Of a stretch of DNA of 64,000 nucleotides, positions 53,955 through 64,000 are shown piece after piece. Position 1 is the first letter of the stretch, and each line of letters begins with the position of its first letter. Position numbers and translations under genes: made by a program. The notes under the pieces are model-generated. The model saw only the letters and a list, made by a program, of their open reading frames with translations, was not told the DNA's origin and made no database searches. The stretch covers positions 97,526,001-97,590,000 of the forward strand of contig OZ024740.1 of assembly GCA_964016885.1 (NCBI GenBank), read 5' to 3'. This DNA comes from Eledone cirrhosa (lineage: Eukaryota).

Positions 53955-55256
53955 TTAATTCATCATCATCATCATCATCATCATCATCCGCTTTTCCCTG
54001 CTTGCAAGGGTGGGACGGCTCTTATTCAGCACAGCATCTCTCCGCTCGTCACGGTCCCTCGTCATCTCCACCGTGAGCTTCAATGATCTGAGGTCTGTTC
54101 TCACCACCTCCGCCCATGTTTTTCGTGGTCTACCTCTACCACGTCTTCCTTCAACTGGCATTTCCTGGCACTTCTTCACCCATCGGTCATCCTCCATGCG
54201 CATCACATGTCCATACCACCTCAGTCTCCTCTCCCGTACACTACATTCTATCCCTCTCAGACACAGTTTCTCTCTCAACACATTTATGCTGGGTCGTTCA
54301 CGCACATTTACACTGCACATCCAACGGAGCATGCTTGCCTCATTTCTCTCCAGCTGTCGCATATCTTCTGCGGTTGCTGCCCATGTCTCACTACCATGCA
54401 GCATCGCGCTCCTCACAGAGGCATCATACAACCGGCCTTTCGTACGCAGGGAGAAACCCTTCTTCGTCAACAGAGGAAGCAGCTCCCTAAACTTCTTCCA
54501 ACCCGTCCTTATTCTAGATACTATGGCCTCGGAACACCCTCCTCCCATGCTAATCTGATCTTCTAGGTACCGGAAGCTATCCACCACTTCTATAGCGCCC
54601 TCTCGCATTTGAAAAATGTCTCTATCAGTGCGACTTCTACTGTCTAATTTCCCTGTACATCTACTGCATACATATTTCTCCCTACCTGATAGTTTGCCTG
54701 CTATCCCGCTACATCTCTTGTGTACCCAGGACCTGCATTGTGTGCATTTTATAGAATTTATGCCAGTTCCTTTTCAGCATATCGAACATGGCCATTTCCC
54801 TGGCGGAATCAGGGTTTTGTCCTCTTTTCTACTCATCAACACTTTTGTCTTAGCTAGATTTACTCTCAGTCCTCTTGCTTCCAACTGCTGTTTCCATAGC
54901 CGGAATTTATTCTCTAGCTCCTCTACTGATTCTGCCATAAGAGCCAGATCGTCAGCATAGAGAAGTTCCCATGGACAGCCAGTCTTAAACTCCTCTTTTA
55001 TGGCTTGGAGGACTATAATGAACAAGAGCGGGCTGAGGACCGAACCCTGATGTACTCCTACTTGTATCTGGAATTCCTCACTAAACTCCATTCCTACCCT
55101 GACTTCACTGAGAGTACCTCTGTACAAAGTTTGCACTGTCCTCACAAGCCATTCCTCAACACCCAGCTTCCTTAGGGACCACCAGATGACAGATCGGGGT
55201 ACCCTATCAAAGGCCTTCTCTAGGTCAACAAAGGCTAAGTATAGTGGCTTATTCAT
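53955..55256 (-). pseudogene. RTE-clade LINE, 5'-truncated RT with internal PHD-type finger; single in-frame stop
   Basis: FVDLEKAFDRV, GVHQGSVLSPLLF, YADD, KTKVL, C4HC3 finger, FRYL, RRLRWYGHV, GRPRKTW. The two listed ORFs share one frame, split by TGA at 54774-54776. Confidence 0.9.
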
Positions 55257-55286
55257 ATATATATATATATATGTTTTCTTATATAT

Positions 55287-55319
<33 letters not shown>

Positions 55320-55630
55320 AATTGGGATAATACTTAGGTATATCCTAATGTTTGTTGAGTGAGATGGAGTTGCTCGGAGTATCGCTTACGGCTTTCTCTG
55401 TTTATGTATTGTATATATATATATATATATTTATTAAAATAACAGATTAAATTTTAAGCAAAGAATCGCTGCTTTCACCCTTAACGGTGTCTTCTGAAAC
55501 TAAAAATATCAATCTATGAACGCTGAAGTAAATATTTCATAAAACGTTGCAACTGAAGTAAGACTGGAAGACGATACTTTGGTTCGTGGAAACGTTCCCT
55601 GGCAGAGAACGGAAAAAAACCGAAAATAAT

Positions 55631-55686
55631 TGTTTCTACGTTAGGCACAAGGCCAGCAATTACACAGTGTATTACTGGTACTTTAT
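55631..55686 (-). mobile_element. Very short SINE 3' end flanked by a ~19-bp target-site duplication
   Basis: ggaaaaaa(a)ccgaaaataat at 55611-55630 and 55687-55705. Confidence 0.7.
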
Positions 55687-55943
55687 GGAAAAAACCGAAA
55701 ATAATACATCATAATTAAGATCGGTGAAAACAATTACATGCAAAGACAAAACAACGTTTATGGTATAAATGAAGTCGTAGACTAATATTCTATAGGTGAT
55801 TCGTGGAGACGTTCTCTGGCAATGAACGGAAAAAACGAAGATAATAGGTGATGAAAACAATTAGACGCAAATACAAAACAAATTATTGGAGTAAATATAT
55901 ATAATATATTAACAAATGGAAACTATATTTATAAAACCATATT

Positions 55944-56009
55944 TAATTCATTATACATATTTCAAGGGCCACCAAGGCAAACTCTGGTGCGCTTTCATCA
56001 GATAAAATA
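55944..56009 (-). ncRNA. Type I hammerhead (inverted arm)
   Basis: Reverse complement of 56117-56182 with a few substitutions. Confidence 0.7.
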
Positions 56010-56116
56010 TAATACAGGTTAGTTTTATTAATAAATATTGACTGGAGATTCCAACCAGAATGGTTACATTTTTTCAGGGTATGTCAATATTTATTTATAA
56101 AACTAACCTATTATTA

Positions 56117-56182
56117 TATTTTATCTGATGAAAGCGCACCATAGTTTGCCTTGGTGGCCCTTGAAATATGTATAATGAAATA
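56117..56182 (+). ncRNA. Type I hammerhead
   Basis: tattttat-CTGATGA-aag cg cacca..tggtg gcc ctt-GAAA-tatgta-TA-atgaaata. Confidence 0.8.
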
Positions 56183-56313
56183 AATATGGTTTTATAAATA
56201 TAGTTTCCGTTTGTTAATATATTGTATATTTACTCCAATAATTTGTTGAGTGCTTTATATCAGTTATAAAAATATTTTGCTTGTTGTATCCCAACAAATT
56301 AAATATACACATC

Positions 56314-56348
<35 letters not shown>

Positions 56349-56350
<2 letters not shown>

Positions 56351-56448
56351 TGTTTAGCCTTGGCCTTCTAAGTTCTATTTCGCTGGCGTCTCTGACTTGC
56401 CTATCTGCTGGGTCATTTCTATGTTTAGATATTATTCTAACTTCTATG

Positions 56449-56480
<32 letters not shown>

Positions 56481-57188
56481 CATAGAAGTTAGAATAATAT
56501 CTAAACATAGAAATGACCCAGCAGATAGACAAATCAGAGATGCCAGCGAAATAGAACTTAGAAGACCAAGGCTAAACAGAAAAAATGAATGGAATAACAA
56601 CACCCAAACAAACAACACTGACCTAAGAGAAGTATTAATAAATAAATAAATAAATAAATACACAAGCACAATACAACAAACACATATAAACACACACTAA
56701 TAAACTAAGATAGATTACATTAACCAATACACAGTCACCCAAACAAGAACACAAATCAAACAAAACACTATACACACACGCAAACGCATGCGCAGAGAAG
56801 ACAAACAAAAATAAACAAATAAATAAATAAATAAACAGTTTAATAAAGATGGCGTAAGCATACAATGCAACGGGAGGAAACATAATAGCAACACTGACGA
56901 TGTTGCAGATGTGCAACGAAAGAACTTTGATAGACTATATATATGTGTTTGTATCTATATTGTATATGTATTTTTGACCGTTAGTCAGTCAATGGCAACA
57001 TTGAGGACCGAATAAATTAAATTAACCGATATAAAAGACACAGAAGCGAAAACCAACCAAACAGTGAGCGTGTTCTGTTATTAATTCTGGCAATATTATT
57101 ATACAAATATGACCCTCCCCAAGTATAACAATATTTGTTTCGACACACGATTTCATATAAAAAACCTCGCAAAACTAATTCATCGCCG

Positions 57189-57190
<2 letters not shown>
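56349..57190 (+). mobile_element. Penelope-like 3' end (GIY-YIG C-terminus + pLTR with hammerhead) with short 5' inversion
   Basis: 56349-56450 is inverted against 56479-56580. Frame ..DRQIRDASEIELRRPRLNRKNEW. The end 57105-57185 is homologous to 37201-37282 (minus). Confidence 0.7.
56891..56930 (+). ncRNA. Minimal hammerhead, homolog of 37534-37578
   Basis: ca-CTGACGA-t gttgca gatg tgcaac-GAAA-gaac-TT-tg; stem I is weak. Confidence 0.65.
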
Positions 57191-57217
<27 letters not shown>

Positions 57218-57221
<4 letters not shown>

Positions 57222-58100
57222 TAAAGTTAGTCCTTCATCAGTGATCTTCCAACCTTCATTGGTATTTCATCGTTTTAAAGACCATATACCTCCGGTTAGT
57301 GCGAGCAACGGCTAAAGAAAGTCGTTGGGACACGTAAATAAGGGGAAAGAGCGAGACTGTAAACAAACAAAGATGGTAAAGCAACGAAACGTGAGGAAGA
57401 AAGAGTCAAGTCCCAGATTTCCATGAATATAAGTTCGGTGAAATCGTGAACGAGAGAGAATAAAGACCATCAAACCTAGTCGAAATGTGAGCAAGGAGGA
57501 ATTCCGCACAGGTCAAACGGGAGGGAGAAGGAGTCTAGTCCCTGAATTCGGTGAACATAAGTTCTGTGAAATCGTAGACAAGAGAGAAAAAGGAACAACC
57601 AGCCTGGTCAAGCGTGCGCGAGAAAATAATTATGCACAGGTCAAACGGGAGGAAGTGGGAGAGGTAGTAGCAGAGAGAGAGTGAGTGAAGGGTGAGGAAG
57701 AGGCTAACAGAGAGAGTGACTGTTAGAGAGGGTAAAGATACAGAGAAAGAGGAAGCAGTAAGAACGAAATAGACGGGTCACACGCGGAAAATATATGTGT
57801 GAATATGAAAACAAACGTGCTGCGTGGTTGCAAATGGGTTACATATGAATAAAGTTAGTCTTTCATCAGTGATCTTCCAACCTACATTGGTATTTCATCG
57901 CTTTAAAGACCATATACCTCCGGTTGGTGCGAGCAACGGCTAAAGAAAGTTGTTGGGACACGTAAATAAGGGGAACGAGCGAGACTGTAAACAAACAAAG
58001 ATGGTAAAGCAACGAAAGGTGAGGAAGAAAGAGTCAAGTCCCAGATTTCCATGAATATAAATTCGGTGAAATCGTGAACGAGAGAGAATAAAGACCATCA

Positions 58101-58105
<5 letters not shown>
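57218..58105 (-). mobile_element. ORF-less partial tandem unit (period 628), permuted-hammerhead family
   Basis: 57218-57475 repeats at 57846-58103. Motif homologous to 12884-12946. (TA)n flanks. Confidence 0.75.
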
Positions 58106-58155
<50 letters not shown>

Positions 58156-58161
<6 letters not shown>

Positions 58162-58593
58162 AAAGGATAACAAGGAGGATTGGTTACTCCTTCATTACAT
58201 TTATTGGTAGGTGACGCGCATTTCGCAACTGATCAGCTCAAGGTTCGATCTGTATCGATCTTACCCGACTCAATAATCGTCAGCTCGACGGACCCTTTAA
58301 AATGCTATAAGATTTTTAAAAAAAAATTTTTTTTTTCTTATACCATTTTAAAGGGTCCGTCGAGCTGCCGATTATTGAGTCGGGTTAGATCGATACAGAT
58401 CGAACCCTGAGCTGATCAGTGGCGAAACGCGCGTCACCTACCAATACATGTAATGAAGGAGTAACCAATCGTCCTTGTTATCCTTTCAATATATTACAGC
58501 CTGTATAGCTCTACACGTCAAAACAGACTTGAACGTAAACATCGAGTGCTCACTTGGGTGAACCTGCAGTAACTCCAAGTTACACTCCCTAGA
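58156..58593 (+). mobile_element. Fold-back element with atypical hammerhead-like motif and unpaired tail
   Basis: 58156-58312 is inverted against 58336-58492. GAAAcgcgcgTC at 58424-58435. (TA)n flanks. Confidence 0.75.
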
Positions 58594-58835
58594 TATATAT
58601 ATATATAAGAAAACAGTCAGAACCCCAACGGGTGTGCTCTGGCCGTTTCGACAGCTAGATTCTATCTAGCTGTCAAAATGGCAGGAGCTCAGTTGTCAGG
58701 GTCCTGACTCCTTTCCTATTACCCACTCTACTACCCTAAGTATTGAGTACTCTGGTGTGTTATGGTCCACATGGTATCTTACCACACTCTCTTTGTTATA
58801 TATATATATATATAAATAAATATATATATATATGT

Positions 58836-59015
58836 AGAAATCTCAGTAGAAGGAAGACGCAGTAGAGGAAGACCAGGAAAAACAAACCTCAGATCGCTGA
58901 AGCTCACGGAAATTACAAAGGACCGTGATGAATGGAGAGATGCTGTGCTTAATAAGACCCGTCCCGCCCTTGCAAGCAGGAGAAAGCGGACCTAAAATGA
59001 TGATCATGATGATGA
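58836..59015 (+). mobile_element. RTE LINE extreme 3' fragment
   Basis: EGRRSRGRPGKT.. and a 3' end matching 53960-54160 (minus); (ATG)n tail. Confidence 0.75.
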
Positions 59016-59163
59016 TCTCTCTCTCTCTCTCTCTCTATGTGTGTATATATATATGTGTGTGTGTATATATATGTGTGTGTGTATATATATATATGTGTGT
59101 GTGTGTATATATATGTGTGTATATATATGTGTGTATATATATGTGTATGTATATATATATATA

Positions 59164-59194
<31 letters not shown>

Positions 59195-60039
59195 ATATAT
59201 ATGCGTAGATATATCTAAGGTTTTTGTTTTGTTTGTGGAATGATTTGTGCATGTAAGTGTATGCATAGATCTAAGTTGTCTAGAAAGTTGATGCTCGTTA
59301 GGGTTAGGGTTAGGGTGAAATCTTTATTAACTACTCCACAAACTAAATCACATCCACATGAATTCTTAACACCCAACTATAGTCTTTAAAAACCTAACAA
59401 ATAACATTAGCAAGAGAATCTAGAAACTTTCATCTAGTAAAGCGAGGTTTGATAGAGCTGCTCCAATTATAAGGACACCCATTATATCTAATATCATCAA
59501 CAACAACATTGTCATCATTATTATCCATCATACTATACTGATATTTTTGTTTATATACGCATATATGTTTATGTATGAATACTCATATATATATATATAT
59601 TCATATGTATATCAATATGAAATAATATAAGTGCATTATACACACATGTATGGCTATGTGTGTGTATATGTAGCTGCGAGTGTGTATGTAAGGGCTTGAC
59701 ATTATAGCCGCTTCTCTGTCTAGGAGTGAGGTAAATTAAGCCCATAGATAGAAATACCGATCAGATATGCTTCAGTAGAATTTAAGAAGCGTATCTAATA
59801 AATTGAATCATGATAGATTATTAAATTACCTTTATAACACAGCTTAAGGTGCAGCCTTGATGATAGAGTTAGCTGGGTCCTTTCCTTCAAATGTGTTTGT
59901 CTGATTAGCTGCTATAGGTGCTCACTGATGTGTTCAATATTATAACAACAACATTTTAACCTGTATTAGTGAATTGAATTTGATTACACAAATGTATGTA
60001 TGCATGCATCATGTATCTTTCTCTCTCTTTCTTTCTCTC

Positions 60040-60073
<34 letters not shown>

Positions 60074-60090
60074 CCTCTCTCTCTCTCTTT

Positions 60091-60140
<50 letters not shown>

Positions 60141-60156
60141 ATATATTTAGATATTA

Positions 60157-60193
<37 letters not shown>

Positions 60194-60809
60194 AATACAT
60201 ATATATATATATATATTTAGATATTAATATATGTATATAAATACATATATATATATAATAAAGTATGTGTTCCTACGTGTAAAAAATACATACAGGGATA
60301 CAAGTATTATCCAACCGTATACAAATATATATATACACATACACACGCACACATATATGTGTGTGTGTGTATATATATATATAAATATATATATATATAA
60401 TGATGTGAAAAACAGCACAAAATTGAAATATCACATAATACTTTATTGATTTGTAATATTTTTTATATAACTTATGAAGTGAAAAGATAAAATAACAGAT
60501 TTAGATAAACACACACACATACACACTGATGAATGCATGCATACATATGAATACATGTATGAATATTTAAATCTAATTATCGATATGTTCTTTTAAGTTA
60601 GAAAAATACGAAATAAATAACAACAATAAGAAGAACTGTATTATAGTGTAAATGTAGCAGAACAGGTTTTTGAGCAATTGCTTAATTTCTTGTCCAAAAC
60701 CATAGAATTTAACTTGGTTCTGCCTTATTACAATTCAAAAATCATGAGAGTAACGATAACAGTAACAACAACATAAATGAAAAACATATTAAATAATAAT
60801 AATGATGAC

Positions 60810-60858
<49 letters not shown>

Positions 60859-60859
60859 G

Positions 60860-60907
<48 letters not shown>

Positions 60908-60908
<1 letters not shown>

Positions 60909-60961
60909 GGACTTTCCAGTTAACCAACATCAATGACTGAGATTCAAGGAATAACAATAAC

Positions 60962-60985
<24 letters not shown>
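60908..60985 (+). mobile_element. R4/Dong-like 3' UTR stub within (TAA)n
   Basis: Reverse complement of about 1778-1853. Confidence 0.7.
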
Positions 60986-60993
<8 letters not shown>

Positions 60994-61168
60994 CAAGAAA
61001 TTCCACTTTGCTAATATTCCATTAATGTTTGCTTCTAGCTCCATTCATACTATAAAAAATATGTAATGAATAAATATGGAAATCAATAAATATATAGAAA
61101 ATAAATTGAAAATTAAAAAAAAGTATATCTGTATGTGAGTTTATGTATATGTATATGTATGTATGTAT

Positions 61169-61231
<63 letters not shown>

Positions 61232-63374
61232 GGGGGGGGGTGTATGTGTGTGTGTGTCTGTGTATGTATATATAGAAGACCAGACAGAGAAATTCTTTTT
61301 AAATATCTAAAAGATTCTCTCTTCATGCCTAGCAGCAAAAATATATTTGTGTGAATTTTTCTTTATTTTGTGTCTGAAATCTTTATTTATTTGTTCATCT
61401 ATTCATAATCTAAATATTTTTTATTTGTTTCATACGTTTCATTTTTTGTTTGATTTTGATATTTTTTTTTTACTCTATAATCAAGTAGTTTAAGTTTATA
61501 TTTATAAACTTTGAAATAATTTAAACAGAATTCTGTTTTTGTTTTAAATTATTTCATATATATTTATAAAAAAAGAATCTTCTTTATTCATTTTTACTGG
61601 TTATTGAGAGTTTAACTATTGTTGTTTATTATCCTCATTTAATAGTGTTTGATATACACATACAATCAAATGAGATTTTAGGGAAGGGAGAGATAGGCCA
61701 CTTGTAGGGGTTCTACAATGCTGAGGGAACTAGGCATGATAGTTCGCATGATTTTTCAAAATTGAGAGACCCTAAGGAGGCCAGTTAGCATTAGCCTACG
61801 ACTATGAGTGTGGCCAGATGGGGCAGTTATCAGAGCGCAACTATATTAATGCTCCTTGTTGGACTAGTTGCCATGAATCTCTACATTTAAGGGAGTCTAG
61901 GTGGGACAGTTTGCATGCATTGCAGTCTAGGTGGGACAGTTTGCAGACATTGAAGGGGCTTCAGTATTTAGAAGGCCAGTTGGCATGAGCCAAACATTAT
62001 GACATCGAGCACTACTCTTCTTATGTTTCAATTCTTATATTCCATGACATACAAATACATCATGTACACCACATTTACATATGTATACTTGTAACTCACA
62101 CATAAAACAAATGTATTTACCATTGATTACTAAAATACTCAATGAGTGATGTGAAATGGGGTTTATATTTCACATCTGTTCTGGGCTTTTTATTATTTTT
62201 TATGGGCTTGTAAATGATCAAAGACATTCCAGCTCTGCCAGACGTTTTTTCTTCATTTTTATAGCTACATACAATTACTTTATCCAGTTTATCCCATTTA
62301 TCAATGCGAGAGGGTATGATTTGAAGAAGATGCTGCTACTACATCTTGCATTTTAGAAAGTAGTATAGTGTTGATTAACAGTGAAATATTCAATACTATG
62401 CTCACTTTCATGACAATATAGATAGAGCTTTTGGATAAACAATGAAGATACATGGCGCTGTGATTTGAGTGTTGGGCTCATGATCATACTGTCATGAGTT
62501 TGATTTTTTCACTATATTACGTTATGTTCTGAAGTAAAACATTTCATTTCTCTTTTCACCAGTTAACACAGCTTACAATGAGCACCAGCTATAGCTATTA
62601 ACCCTGTGAAGGACTGATTTATTGATCGAGGGGTAAGTCTTGTGCTTTCATTTGCTTCATGTCAATGAAACCAGGATGAGGTTTGGGCAATTGAGTGTCT
62701 AGACTTGTGATAAGTTTTCAATTAACTTTGGATTTGCTAATGAGAGAATCTCTATGTGGTCACTAGAACTACTCACTAATAATAGTATACCTGTAAAACA
62801 TATTAGACAATGCAGTCATAGATATAAAAAAAAGGCTCAGATATTATTTGAAGGTTATGTGGATGTCATCTGAGATAACAATGTTTGATTAAAAGACTAA
62901 ACAGTAGTGATGGAAACATCTTTGCTAGTAAATTCTGCAAATCCTTAGAGCAGGGGATACAATTATTCACATTATATTCAGCAACTGCGTATTTGAAGTT
63001 CAAATCAAATTAACCTTTGTCAATAATCTTTTGGGCATTGATAAAATATAAATACCAGTCCAAAGTGGAATTGTTATCATATCAAATGCGATACCATGTA
63101 GTATTTGTTCCAGCTCTATACAGTCTGAGTTCTTTGACATTAGGCTTACATTATCACTTAGGCTCACATTAGGCTCACATTACCAACTGCTCCGGGAGAG
63201 GGGGGGGGGGCTTATAATAGGGTAAACGTTATAGCATGTACTTGGATTATGTCTCCAGTTTGTGGATAACTTCCTGTGTTTATCACAAATAGTATATACA
63301 TACACATACACCCATAGCCATATACTCATATATATATATACACCGATATACATTTGTGAGTTTTATATTGAATA

Positions 63375-63470
63375 ATAATAATTGATTCTACTTTAGGCAC
63401 AAGGTCAGCAATTACCTAGTGCATTACTGGTACTTTATTTTATCGACCCCGTAAGGATGAAAGGTAAAGT
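63375..63470 (-). mobile_element. SINE 3' part (2156-2818 family)
   Basis: Reverse-complement match to the family. Confidence 0.7.
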
Positions 63471-63479
63471 AATAATATT

Positions 63480-64000
63480 ATATTAACATTATTAATATTC
63501 GATTTGTTTGCAAGCAAACAGCCTCACAATGCCATGTGTTTTAGACAACTGTTGTCATCCTTTTATTCTAGCGTTATAAGAGAGAAGCATTCGACAACTG
63601 TTTCAGGGTTATTGAAAAATGCTTCTCTCATATATATACTCCCACAGATACACACATATATGCATCCCTAGATATATACACACACATCAATATATTTATG
63701 AAAGAGATACCAGATGAACCACTAGGTAGGATCATATATCTTATTAAAGAACAAATAAGGTGATGTGAACAATTAATTACTAATTCATTTCTAATATTCA
63801 AAGGATTTGGGAGCAGCATTGTAATTAAAAATGTATCCGAGAGACATAATTGGTAAGATTTCTTATTAGCGTTATACGGGATAGACTTATCTAATATTTC
63901 ACATTGAAGATTGTTGTTAGTTTTAGACTCAATTAGACTAGTCAGACACCTTGCAAAGTTTCTCATTTTTAAATGCGTAAGTGCGAACTATATCTGGTCT
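63480..64000 (-). mobile_element. Decayed Penelope-like 3' end (runs off the window)
   Basis: EILDKSIPYN..YQLCLS..LNIRNELVINCSHH resembles the EN C-terminus of the other PLEs here. Half-hammerhead at 63580-63629. Confidence 0.7.

Larger units (their letters stand above)
55880..56310 (+). mobile_element. ORF-less fold-back derivative related to the pLTR of the 4715-7921 PLE
   Basis: 55880-56042 is inverted against 56082-56246. The tail 56246-56310 matches the reverse complement of 4715-4800. Confidence 0.85.

Noticed and set aside
59298-59315. (TTAGGG)3 telomere-like run
   Set aside because: Too short to imply a telomere or fusion site.
61894-61945. 22-bp direct repeat agtctaggtgggacagtttgca, period 30
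   Set aside because: Simple local duplication with nothing else associated.

Overview
AT-rich eukaryotic DNA dense in repeats, with no recognisable intact host gene. The mix of (TA)n/(TG)n microsatellites, tRNA-derived SINEs, RTE LINEs and Penelope-like elements (PLEs) suggests an octopus or other cephalopod (inference). Mobile elements present: one PLE with a long uninterrupted RT + GIY-YIG frame (20707-23271, minus), one truncated PLE (4715-7921), several decayed PLEs, a compact decayed Ty3/Gypsy element (28226-32378) with a -1 frameshift signal, RTE fragments (one with a PHD finger inside the RT region), R4/Dong relics, a hAT relic and a MITE. The main theme is hammerhead ribozyme (HHR) motifs, about 20 read by eye. 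They lie in PLE pseudo-LTRs and in ORF-less fold-back or tandem units inserted in (TA)n that resemble retrozymes. The best novelty candidate is a tandem family (12884-13461; 57228-57918) whose three HHR strands occur in a non-circularly permuted order, with a compensatory change in stem I. All RNA structures are manual predictions and are untested.
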